Below are positions 1 through 8,907 of a stretch of DNA of 47,532 nucleotides, one piece after another. Where the stretch lies: NCBI GenBank assembly GCA_036479435.1, contig JAZGFI010000224.1:1-47532 (forward strand), in the 5' to 3' direction. Both the position numbers and the translations under genes were made by a program. This DNA comes from Planctomycetota bacterium. GTDB taxonomy: Bacteria > Planctomycetota > GCA-002687715 > DRQF01. Positions within the stretch are counted from its first letter, which is position 1. Each line of letters begins with the position of its first letter. The notes below the pieces were generated by a model, which saw only the letters and a program-made list of their open reading frames with translations, was not told where the DNA came from and did not search any database.

Positions 1-139
1 TCTAGATCAAAGTGGATGCGAATTTGCTTTTTGTCTACGACGAAACAAAAGTCGTTGAAAACGGCCTCGAAATGAGGGTTACGGGAGGTTCGCCTCAGTC
101 ACTTTTTCTCGATGCGGAATCGCTGGCCAAAGCGGTCCT

Positions 140-682
140 TCATCCACGCACGAAGATCCAGTGCATCCACGCCGCCCAAGCCGTGCCGTTGCCGAATACG
201 AGCACACGATGGAGCCCAGCCTCATACGGCCTGCAGCTACGGCGATGAAATACAAATTCGCCGTAGCAGATCATCACGGTCGTAAAGAGCACCGCACCCA
301 GGATGGGAATTAGGAGCCATTCCGGCCGAGCCACGCCACTGGCTGCCATCATCAACAAAAACAAGGGTGCACCACCAAGCCCCAGCGCGATCAGCTCCCC
401 TTGCCTTTCGCGCTTGCCAACGATGCGACGTCCCGTGACGTGATAATGCCAATCGAGAAACCCGCAAACCGTTGCCGCGATTCCACACGCTCCGATCAGC
501 CACAACTGCCAGGGGATCGTGGATGCGTTTGAAAGATCGGGAAACCCAGTTCGCCCCGAAACGATCATAAGACCGAGGACAAATCCTGCCCCCGGAAGCG
601 CGAGCGAACCGAGGCCGATGATCGTATCGCGAAGGGGGATGTATAAGGTGGTTCGAGAGACCGCATCAAGAGCAACGGACAT
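140..682 (-). CDS. Hypothetical integral membrane protein with His/Glu motifs
   Basis: 180 aa with about 5 hydrophobic segments. Motifs DWHYH, EFVFHRR and YEAGLH. GGAGG RBS just upstream of the ATG. Confidence 0.7.
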   Translation of the reverse strand: MSVALDAVSRTTLYIPLRDTIIGLGSLALPGAGFVLGLMIVSGRTGFPDLSNASTIPWQLWLIGACGIAATVCGFLDWHYHVTGRRIVGKRERQGELIALGLGGAPLFLLMMAASGVARPEWLLIPILGAVLFTTVMICYGEFVFHRRSCRPYEAGLHRVLVFGNGTAWAAWMHWIFVRG

Positions 683-816
683 GGCGACTCCTCCGAAGAC
701 ACGTACTTTGTGCTGCGCACGATACTTTGCATTGAAAAGTTACGCAAACAGATTCTTCGAATTCCATTCCACGCGACCGGCAAAGGCTCAGCCCGATCCG
801 TCCGCAATCCAGGCTG

Positions 817-1041
817 GCCGGACTGAGCCTTCAGATCATCCAAGCCCAGGGCGGATCGCGGGGCTGTCCTCCCTCCGCGAAACACTGGTCATCCAAACAT
901 GCTGTATGGATGACCACAATGACCCGCCTTACGCCTCGTCAAATTGAAGTCTTGGCCTTCATCCGACGCTTTATCGCCGAGAGAGGGTTTGCGCCCACGC
1001 TGGCGGAAATTGCCGCGGGGTTGGGGTTTCGCTCGGCAAAT
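817..1041 (+). repeat. Direct repeat copy 1 of the lexA operator and first 41 codons (copy 2 at 2332-2555)
   Basis: Manual alignment gives 17 substitutions and 1 indel over ~225 bp (~92% identity). Confidence 0.95.
885..917 (+). promoter_or_regulatory. Putative tandem LexA boxes (copy 1)
   Basis: CTGG-TCATCCAA-ACAT (885-900) and CTGT-ATGGATGA-CCAC (902-917) are degenerate CTG-N10-CAG sites. They form the inverted repeat TGGTCATCCA/TGGATGACCA directly before the ATG. Confidence 0.6.
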
Positions 1042-1131
1042 ACAAATGGGCGGTACCCCATGATTGGCGCTCATGCTTCATCAGACCCTTCGATCCCACT
1101 TGGGCAAAACGCTGGCCAAAGAAATGACTGA
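919..1131 (+). pseudogene. lexA: 3'-truncated lexA fragment (41 homologous codons, then unrelated sequence)
   Basis: MTRLTPRQ...LGFRSAN is identical to the full LexA N-terminus; similarity stops at 1041. Confidence 0.9.
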
Positions 1132-1169
1132 TTCGCTGTCACGCAGCAAAATCGAGACACCGCCGAACG

Positions 1170-2295
1170 ATGTCTAAAAATCTCATTCCAAAACCCGACG
1201 GCTACGACACCGTACTGAATGGCATCACCGTGATGCTCGAGGCCGCCCGTCGCGCAAGCGCGCGCGCTGTCAACTCTGTCATGACCACGACCTACTGGGA
1301 AGTGGGGCGGCGCATCGTTGAATTCGAACAAGGTGGTGAAGACCGGGCTGAATATGGCGAGAACTTAGTTCGCAACCTGGCGAAGGATCTCACTTCACGT
1401 TTCGGAAGAGGTTTTGGCCGTGCCAACCTCTACCAGATGCGAGCTTTCTACAGGACGTGGACCCTAGGAACGCTGAACGACGGGGAAACACGGAAAGTCC
1501 AGACAGCATCTGGATTATCTGGATTGGAAGGAAAATTCCCACTGCCCTGGTCCCATTATGTGACCTTGTTGGGAGTCAAGCACGACGGAGCCCGGGCCTT
1601 TTATGAACGCGAGACGCTCGCTGGCGGCTGGACCATCCGGCAGCTCAAAACGCCAAATAGGGAGCCAGTTCTTCGAGCGTGCCGCTTTGTCCAAAGACAA
1701 AACAAACACACTTAGAAAGGGCGAGAAAGCCAAGCCCAGGGATGCCGTCGCACCCGAAGAGGAGATTAAGGACCCGCTCGTACTCGAGTTCCTCAATCTC
1801 AAGGATGAGTACTCCGAAAGTGATCTCGAGGAGGCCCTGATCCGGCATCTTGAGAGTTTCCTGCTTGAGCTAGGCGGTGATTTCACCTTTGTCGGTCGCC
1901 AAAAGCGACTGCGAATCGACGACACTTGGTTCCGGGTCGATCTTGTGCTCTACCATCGCCGGCTACGATACTTGGTAATCGTGGACCTAAAACTCGAAGA
2001 CTTCTCGCACGCCGATGTCGGACAGATGAATGTCTATCTGAACTACGCACGGCGGCACTGGACACACGACGACGAAAACCCGCCGGTTGGCCTCATTTTG
2101 TGCGCCGCAAAGAAAAAGGAGCTGGCGGAATACGCCCTGCAAGGCATCGAGAATACGATGCTCGCCACTGAATACCGCACGAGACTTCCCGATGCCGGGG
2201 TACTTGAGGAAGAGCTCCGAAAGCGTCGCGAAGAACTCGAGTACCACGGGCTGCCCCCTTTGGCAGCAAAGAGCGAAGGCGGCATTGATGAGTGA
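1170..2295 (+). pseudogene. YhcG/DUF1016 family PD-(D/E)XK nuclease, split by a +1 frameshift (or sequencing error)
   Basis: N-part has YWEVGRRIVE, YGENLV and LPWSHY; C-part has IKDPLVLEFL, RVDLVLYHRRL..VDLK and GQMNVYLNY. Removing one A from AAAA at 1647-1650 restores WTIRQLKRQIGSQFFER. Confidence 0.85.
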
Positions 2296-2331
2296 CCTAT
2301 CTCACAGAGCCCCGGTGGACCAATAAGGATC

Positions 2332-2555
2332 GCCGGACTAAGCCTTCGGATCACCCAAGCCGAGGCTGATCGCGGGGCTGTCCTCCCTCCGCGAAATACT
2401 GGTCATCCGAACATGCTGCATGGATGACCACAATGACCCGTCTCACGCCTCGTCAAATTGAAGTCTTGGCCTTTATCCGGCGCTTTATTGCCGAGAGAGG
2501 CTTTGCGCCCACTCTGGCGGAAATTGCCGCGGGATTGGGGTTTCGCTCGGCTAAT
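2332..2555 (+). repeat. Direct repeat copy 2 (operator and 5' end of the intact lexA)
   Basis: Matches 817-1041. Confidence 0.95.
2399..2431 (+). promoter_or_regulatory. Putative tandem LexA boxes upstream of the intact lexA
   Basis: CTGG-TCATCCGA-ACAT and CTGC-ATGGATGA-CCAC, ending 1 nt before ATG 2433. Confidence 0.6.
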
Positions 2556-3125
2556 GCCTCGGCTCAGCACGTTCGTTTGCTGGTGAAGAAAGGGGCGCTG
2601 GCGGTCGATCCGGGGGTGGCGCGGAGCCTGCGGGTTTTGGAGGCGAAGGACGATTTTGGCGACGGCGCCAGCAACTCGAGTGCAAACTCGAATGCCAATT
2701 CGAGTGCTAATTCGGATGAGGAACGCGGGCTACCTTTGATTGGTGAAGTCGCGGCGGGCCAGCCGATCCTGGCTCAAGAGCAGATCGAAGGGCGCGTTGA
2801 TGTGCCCGGAAAACTGTTTCAACCGGGAGCCAACTACCTGCTGCGGGTGCGCGGCGACTCCATGATCGACGCCGGATTGCTGCCGGGAGATCTGGTGGCC
2901 GTACACCGGCAAAGCGAGGCCCGAGACGGACAGATGGTCGTGGTGCGGCTGGCGGATGAAGTCACGGTCAAGTATTGGAAAACACCTGACAATATAGTTC
3001 GACTGGTGCCGGCCAACGCGAATTACGAACCCATCGAAGTCGACCCTCGGCGTGAGTCGGTCGAGATTGAAGGTTTAGTGGTCGGTGTGTTACGGCTTGG
3101 CTCCAAAGGGATTTCACGAACATGA
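2433..3125 (+). CDS. lexA: SOS transcriptional repressor LexA
   Basis: wHTH LTPRQ...PTLAEIA..LGFRS.N, cleavage site VAAG, catalytic Ser (GDSM) and Lys (VTVK). Start placed at 2433 by alignment with the E. coli LexA N-terminus; the ATG at 2424 lies inside the operator. Confidence 0.96.
   Translation: MTRLTPRQIEVLAFIRRFIAERGFAPTLAEIAAGLGFRSANASAQHVRLLVKKGALAVDPGVARSLRVLEAKDDFGDGASNSSANSNANSSANSDEERGLPLIGEVAAGQPILAQEQIEGRVDVPGKLFQPGANYLLRVRGDSMIDAGLLPGDLVAVHRQSEARDGQMVVVRLADEVTVKYWKTPDNIVRLVPANANYEPIEVDPRRESVEIEGLVVGVLRLGSKGISRT
2667..2714 (+). repeat. Four imperfect 12-bp in-frame repeats in the LexA linker (ASNS-SANS-NANS-SANS)
   Basis: gccagcaactcg agtgcaaactcg aatgccaattcg agtgctaattcg. 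Confidence 0.8.
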
Positions 3126-3985
3126 CCGGATTTAAGGCCAATGATGAGGCTCCGAAATCACCCGATCGAGATACTGTCATGTGCTTAAGGTCAGCACTCG
3201 CTCGGCGGGCAGGCCCATCCTTGAGCCCGACGGCCTCGCCGGGGCCGCTCGCGTTGCAACACATGACAGAATCAGGATCCGCTGAGAACAATCCGCTCAG
3301 CACTTTGTTCCCCGAGGGCTTTGCGCGCGCTTGTTTGCACGAAGTTTGCCTGAATCGCGGAGGCGATGGAGGGCTCGAAGCTTTGTTGCCGAGCCTTTTG
3401 AGCGCGGTGTCGCCAAGCGGCTCGGCCGCGGCGTCAAGCCCTTCAGATCGATCATCAAGTCGCCGCCCGGGGCTTTGCTTTTGGATTGCCGGATCGAGCC
3501 GCAATCTGCCCTACCCTCCCGCTCTCGCCGACTGGGGTGCTGACCTTTCGCGCTGGGTTTTCCTCAACCCAGCGGACCGAGCGGGGCTTTGGGATGCACT
3601 GGAATTAACCCTCGCCTCCGGCCTCGCCGAGCTCGTGGTGGGAGTTTTGGATGAGGCCCCTCTCAGCGTGTTGCGACGCCTGCAGGTGGCGAGCCGGCGT
3701 GGGGGCGGCGCGGCCCTTTTGATCCGCGGATCTCAACAAGCCGCCGCCGCTTCGGCCGCTCCCCTTCGCCTCAGCCTTCGCGCTGAAGTGGCGCTCTCCC
3801 CCCGCCGGCGGCGCGTCCGCATCGAAGTCTTCAAACGTCCAGGGATGGGTTACTCCCCTCCCCTTAGCTGGGAGTGGGGTTTGGATGCGCTGGATGCACC
3901 TCCGCATGCCCGACTTCGCGATCGATCGTCAACTGCGCGCTCAAGCGGACGCGAACACGACTCGACTCGCGCTTTCGGCGCCTGA
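3122..3985 (+). CDS. imuA: ImuA-like (RecA/SulA-like) mutagenesis accessory protein
   Basis: LHEV, PYPPALADWG, LWDALELTLASG and LRRLQVA..GG motifs. ATGA overlap with lexA; lies before imuB. Start uncertain. Confidence 0.82.
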   Translation: MTGFKANDEAPKSPDRDTVMCLRSALARRAGPSLSPTASPGPLALQHMTESGSAENNPLSTLFPEGFARACLHEVCLNRGGDGGLEALLPSLLSAVSPSGSAAASSPSDRSSSRRPGLCFWIAGSSRNLPYPPALADWGADLSRWVFLNPADRAGLWDALELTLASGLAELVVGVLDEAPLSVLRRLQVASRRGGGAALLIRGSQQAAAASAAPLRLSLRAEVALSPRRRRVRIEVFKRPGMGYSPPLSWEWGLDALDAPPHARLRDRSSTARSSGREHDSTRAFGA

Positions 3986-5405
3986 ACGCGGCCGCGATCT
4001 CATCGTCGCGGCGAGCCCCGCCGCTTGTGCCTGCGGAGTTCGGGCCCGGCAAACGGCGAGTGCTGCCCGTGCGCTCTGCGCGGGGCTTCAGGTCCGCCCC
4101 TACGACGATGAGAATGATTGCAGCGCTTTGGAAGCTCTCGCGGCCCAGTTGATCTGCATCAGCCCGGACCTTGCGCTCGATCCTCGCCTGAGTGGCTCAC
4201 AACGCGGCATCTTTGTGGAGATCAGCCGCACCCAGGATCTTTTTGGCGGCGAACTCGCCACCCTTCAAGGCGCGCACCGCTTGGTCCACAAACTCGGGTA
4301 CCGCGCGGTGGTGGCAGTGAGCCCGGGTTTTGCGAGTTCACGGATTTTGAGCTGGAGCCAAGCCAAACTCCCCCTGCGGATGAAAGAAGGCGAGGCCCGC
4401 AAAGCTTTGGGGCCTTTGCCCTGGGCCGCTTTGGAATTGCCGAGCGCCAAAGCGCGCGACTTGCAGGAACTCGGCGTTCAGACTTTGGCAGACCTATTAG
4501 CCCTGCCCCGCGCCGGACTCGCCGCACGCTTCGGCGACGAGGTCGCCAAAGCCTGCGACCAGGCCTTGGGAGAAGGCGGCGGCGATGAGCAGCTCCCCCG
4601 CTTCAAAGCGCCGAAGATCTACCGCGAACGTTTGGAATGGTGGCCGCCGCGCGGCGACCTCGGCCCGATTCTCTTTGCGGCCAAACGACTTTTTGATGCC
4701 GCCGAGAACTGGCTCAGCGCCCAGCAAAAAGCCCTGGTGGAGGCACGACTGACCATCGGGCTCAGCGAAAAAGGACAAAAGCTCCCGCTCAGATTACGCC
4801 CCTCCGCTCCCCTTGCCAGCGCTGAAAGCTTGAACCGCTTGCTGCAGTCGCGGCTCGAATCCATCGAGCTGCCCGCCGCAGCCGAAAACGTCGAGTTGTT
4901 GTTCATCGAAACGAGCTCGCTTTGTGCTGAGCAAGGTGAACTGTTTGAAGCGCCTCAGCGCGCTTGGCAGCAAGAGAGCTATCAGCTTTTGGATCGCCTG
5001 CGTGGACGCTTGGGCGAACATCGTGTTTTGCGGGCTGAACTTTTGGCCGAGAGTCGTCCGGAATACGCCTTTGCCTGGCGAGAGTTTGGGGGCGCGGGGC
5101 AGACTTTTGAATCCAAGGTAAAGACCTTAGTCCCCTCGCTACGCCGCCCGCTATTCCTTGAGTCTCCGCCGCGCCCTCTGCAGGTAAGTTGCGATGCTGC
5201 TGGCCGCCCCCAAAGTATCGAGAAAGGACCTCAGCGAGGGCCTCTGCGCTGCGCGAGTGGCCCTGAGCGTATCGAAGGGGGTTGGTGGGAAGGTCGGCCG
5301 GTCCGGCGCCACTACTTTGAGGTGGAGACGAAAAGCGGCGCCCATCTTTGGATTTTTCGCGATCTGTTGAGCGGCGCTTGGTTCCAACACGGGACCTTTG
5401 ACTGA
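3885..5405 (+). CDS. imuB: ImuB, catalytically inactive Y-family polymerase
   Basis: Y-family-like N-terminus, LPRAGLAARFG, clamp-binding-like QGELF, and C-terminal GPERIEGGWW...RRHYF...LWIFRD...WFQHG. Confidence 0.93.
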   Translation: MRWMHLRMPDFAIDRQLRAQADANTTRLALSAPERGRDLIVAASPAACACGVRARQTASAARALCAGLQVRPYDDENDCSALEALAAQLICISPDLALDPRLSGSQRGIFVEISRTQDLFGGELATLQGAHRLVHKLGYRAVVAVSPGFASSRILSWSQAKLPLRMKEGEARKALGPLPWAALELPSAKARDLQELGVQTLADLLALPRAGLAARFGDEVAKACDQALGEGGGDEQLPRFKAPKIYRERLEWWPPRGDLGPILFAAKRLFDAAENWLSAQQKALVEARLTIGLSEKGQKLPLRLRPSAPLASAESLNRLLQSRLESIELPAAAENVELLFIETSSLCAEQGELFEAPQRAWQQESYQLLDRLRGRLGEHRVLRAELLAESRPEYAFAWREFGGAGQTFESKVKTLVPSLRRPLFLESPPRPLQVSCDAAGRPQSIEKGPQRGPLRCASGPERIEGGWWEGRPVRRHYFEVETKSGAHLWIFRDLLSGAWFQHGTFD

Positions 5406-8400
5406 TGCGCGATCCGGTAGATTTCAAAGCTCATCCTCATCCGGCGCAACGCGGGCAAAAAGATGCTGATGCAAGCTTCGAGAACGCGGGGAAGCCGAGG
5501 TTTGACAAGTCGGCACCAAGGGCGGGCCCCGCCTACGCCGAGCTCTACGCTCAGAGCAACTTCAGCTTTTTGCGCGGCGCTTCGCACCCGGACGAACTCG
5601 TCGCGCAGGCCGAAAATCTCGGCTACACCGCCTTAGCCCTTTGCGACGAGCAAACGCTCGCTGGCGTGGTGCGCGCCCACAGTGCGGCCAAAAATATCGC
5701 CTTCCCCTTTATCGTCGGAGCTGAAATCCACCCAATAGGAAGCCCTCGCTTGGTGTTACTCGCTCCGAATCACACCGCCTACACCAAACTCTCTCGCTTA
5801 ATCAGTCTCGGCCGAACGCGGGCGGATAAAGGCAGCGCGAAGATTTTCCGCGACGACCTCGATCGTTTTCGCGAAGGCTTACAAGCCATCTTGGTGCCGC
5901 GCGACCGTGCTTTAAGTCCGCGCACGACAAAAAATGAGGTCGACGCAGAAGCTGAAGCTTTGCGTCCTTTGCTGGAGATCTTCGGCGACCGCTGTCATTT
6001 AGCGGCGACGCTTAGCGAAGGACCCGACGACGAAGCCAAGCTCAAGCGTTTAGCACAGCTCGAAACGACACTGGATTGCCCCTTGGTTGCCGTGGGGGCC
6101 ACCGAGGCGCACAGCCTAAAGCGCCGCTCCTTGCGAGATGTTTTGGTCGCCTTGAATCGCAAAACAAGCATTGCGGCGCTCGCGGGGTCTTTAGCACCCT
6201 TGCGTTACTTGCGAACCCGCGAGCATCTCGGTCGGCTTTACCGCGATCGCCCTCAGCTTCTTCAACGCAGCGTTGACCTGGCGGCTCTGTGTAAGTTCTC
6301 GCTCGACGAACTCCGCTACGTTTATCCCGATGAAGTGGGCGAATACGACCTCGCCACCTTAGTGGCGCAAACCGCCGCGGCGCGCTGGCCCGAAGGCGTA
6401 TCCAAAAAAGTTCAGGGCCTCATCGACTACGAGATGAAGCTCATCGCCGAGATGCGCTACGAAAGCTACTTCCTCACCATCTACGACATCGTGCGCTTTG
6501 CGCGTTCGCGCGGCATCCTTTGCCAAGGGCGCGGGAGTGCCGCGAATTCGGTGGTCTGTTTTTGCCTCGGCATCACCAACGTCAATCCTGAGCAGTTTGA
6601 AATGCTCTTCGAGCGTTTTATCTCCAAAGACCGCAATGAGCCGCCGGACATCGACGTCGATTTTGAACACGAACGCCGCGAGGAAGTCCTCCAGTACGTC
6701 TACGAACGCTATGGCCGCGAGCGCGCCGCCTTGGCCGCCACGGTCATCAGTTATCGCGGGCGCAGCGCCGTAAGAGATGTAGGTAAAGTCATGGGGCTTT
6801 CGCTCGACCAGGTCGAACGCTTGTCCAAAAGCATCTCCGACCGCCACTCCCACGGACGTTTCGAAGATGAGCGCATCCTCGAGGCGGGCTTAGATCCCAA
6901 AGACGAACATTTGCAGCGCATCTTGAAGCTCGTGCGCGAGATCCGCGGCTTCCCCCGCCATCTGTCGCAACACGTCGGCGGCATGGTCATCACCCAGGGG
7001 CGGCTCGATGAGATCGTCCCCATCGAGAACGCGGCGATGGAAAACCGCAGCGTCATCCAGTGGGATAAAGACGATTTGCAGGCTTTGGGGTTGATGAAAG
7101 TCGATTGCTTGGCCCTCGGTATGCTCACCGCCATCCGCAAAGCATTTGCTTTGATCAAAGACTATCGCGGGCGAGATTTAACCCTCGCCACCGTACCTCG
7201 CGAAGTACCCGCGGTTTACGAAATGGCGGGGCGCGCCGACACGATTGGCGTGTTTCAGATCGAAAGCCGCGCACAGATGGCCATGCTTCCGCGCTTTTTA
7301 CCGAAGTGCTTTTACGACCTCGTCATCGAAATCGCGATCGTTCGCCCCGGCCCCATCCAGGGTGGCATGGTGCACCCTTACCTGCGCCGCCGCGCCGGGC
7401 GCGAGAAAGTGGAGTATCCTTCCGAGGCCGTGCGCGGCGTCTTAGGGCGCACCTTGGGAGTTCCGATTTTCCAAGAGCAAGTGATGAAGCTCGCCGTCGT
7501 TGCCGCGGGGTTTTCGCCCGGTGAAGCCGACCAGCTCCGCCGCGCGATGGCCGCTTGGCGCAAGCGCGGCACGATTGGGCACTTTCGGGAACGGCTCCTT
7601 AGGGGCATGGCCGAGCGCGGTTATCGAGAGGATTTTGCGGAGGCTTTATTTCGACAGATCGAAGGCTTCGGCGAGTATGGTTTCCCCGAAAGCCACGCCG
7701 CGAGTTTTGCCCACCTCACCTACGTTTCCCTTTGGCTCAAACGCTTTGAACCCGCGGCTTTCACCTCTGCCTTGCTGAACAGTTTGCCGATGGGTTTTTA
7801 CGGTCCCTCTCAACTCATTGGCGATGCGCGCCGGCACGGGGTCGATGTCCGTGCGGTCGACGTGATGAAAAGCGGATGGGATTGTCATTTAGAGATTGAT
7901 GAGAACGACGATGCCGAAGCCGATGACGATGGCAAAACAATAGATCGCAAGGCGCTCTCTCCCTCGTCCGAGAGCCCAAGCCTTTTGCCTTCGCGCTACG
8001 GATACGGCGGCCCCGCCTTGCGCCTCGGCCTGCGCACCTTGCGCGGCTTTGCCAAAAAGCGCGCCCAAACTTTGATCCGCGCTCGCAAAGAACAGCCCTT
8101 CCGTTTTGTTGAAGACTGCGTGCAGCGCTCGGGGCTCAACCGCCGCGAGGCCGCCCTTTTGGCCTCCGCCGGAGCCTTCGATGCGCTGAGTCAGCATCGC
8201 CGCGAAGCCTACTGGCAAGCGGGTTCCCCCCGCGTCACGGCTCCACTTTTTGATGCCGAGGCCCTTCGCGAACCCGCCCCCAACCTGGCCGAACCCAGCC
8301 TCCGCGAACAGGTTTTTGCTGACTACCGCAGCTTGGGCTACTCCTTGACCAGCCATCCGGTGGCTTTGGTCCGCAAAGAACTCGACCGCCGGCGCATCCT

Positions 8401-8716
8401 CGGCTTCAAAGCTTTAAGCGCTGTCGATTCGGGTCAGCCGGTGGCGGTAGCCGGTCTTTGCATTTGCCGCCAAAAGCCTGCCACGGCCTCTGGCATCATG
8501 TTCGTGACTCTAGAAGACGAGGACGGAGCCATCAATGTCATCGTTCGAGTAAAGGTCCAAGAGCGGTTTCGCAAAGCTTTGTTGGGAGCGACTTTCATGA
8601 TGGCGAAAGGGGTCTTGGAGCGAGCAGACGGGGTCACGCACCTGATGGCGGGCTATCTTGAGAACATGGATTTTCTGCTCACTAGGCTCGACATCCCTTC
8701 CCGTGATTTCCACTGA
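5405..8716 (+). CDS. dnaE2: Error-prone DNA polymerase DnaE2 (ImuC)
   Basis: SNFSFLRGASHP, GRGSAANS, PPDIDVDFEH, YGFPESHAASFA and C-terminal SRDFH. TGATG coupling to imuB. Confidence 0.97.
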   Translation: MRDPVDFKAHPHPAQRGQKDADASFENAGKPRFDKSAPRAGPAYAELYAQSNFSFLRGASHPDELVAQAENLGYTALALCDEQTLAGVVRAHSAAKNIAFPFIVGAEIHPIGSPRLVLLAPNHTAYTKLSRLISLGRTRADKGSAKIFRDDLDRFREGLQAILVPRDRALSPRTTKNEVDAEAEALRPLLEIFGDRCHLAATLSEGPDDEAKLKRLAQLETTLDCPLVAVGATEAHSLKRRSLRDVLVALNRKTSIAALAGSLAPLRYLRTREHLGRLYRDRPQLLQRSVDLAALCKFSLDELRYVYPDEVGEYDLATLVAQTAAARWPEGVSKKVQGLIDYEMKLIAEMRYESYFLTIYDIVRFARSRGILCQGRGSAANSVVCFCLGITNVNPEQFEMLFERFISKDRNEPPDIDVDFEHERREEVLQYVYERYGRERAALAATVISYRGRSAVRDVGKVMGLSLDQVERLSKSISDRHSHGRFEDERILEAGLDPKDEHLQRILKLVREIRGFPRHLSQHVGGMVITQGRLDEIVPIENAAMENRSVIQWDKDDLQALGLMKVDCLALGMLTAIRKAFALIKDYRGRDLTLATVPREVPAVYEMAGRADTIGVFQIESRAQMAMLPRFLPKCFYDLVIEIAIVRPGPIQGGMVHPYLRRRAGREKVEYPSEAVRGVLGRTLGVPIFQEQVMKLAVVAAGFSPGEADQLRRAMAAWRKRGTIGHFRERLLRGMAERGYREDFAEALFRQIEGFGEYGFPESHAASFAHLTYVSLWLKRFEPAAFTSALLNSLPMGFYGPSQLIGDARRHGVDVRAVDVMKSGWDCHLEIDENDDAEADDDGKTIDRKALSPSSESPSLLPSRYGYGGPALRLGLRTLRGFAKKRAQTLIRARKEQPFRFVEDCVQRSGLNRREAALLASAGAFDALSQHRREAYWQAGSPRVTAPLFDAEALREPAPNLAEPSLREQVFADYRSLGYSLTSHPVALVRKELDRRRILGFKALSAVDSGQPVAVAGLCICRQKPATASGIMFVTLEDEDGAINVIVRVKVQERFRKALLGATFMMAKGVLERADGVTHLMAGYLENMDFLLTRLDIPSRDFH

Positions 8717-8907
8717 TGGTTCGAAAAGACCTAAGCATTGACTCTGAGAAGCCAAAGCGCCAAGCTGTGGCAACGATTCGTCGCCGTAAACACTTAAGGG
8801 CCCCAGGGCTCTGGACTTTGCGCCCCCATCACCCAGGGTCATAAGGACGTCTTTGTTGCCGCCCAAGTCCAAAAAGTCGATCAAGCCCATCTATCCCGGA
8901 GGAGCCC

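Noticed and set aside
1640..1660. Programmed ribosomal frameshift in DUF1016
   Set aside because: Needs a +1 shift with no recognised slippery site or stimulator, and homologues are normally single ORFs.
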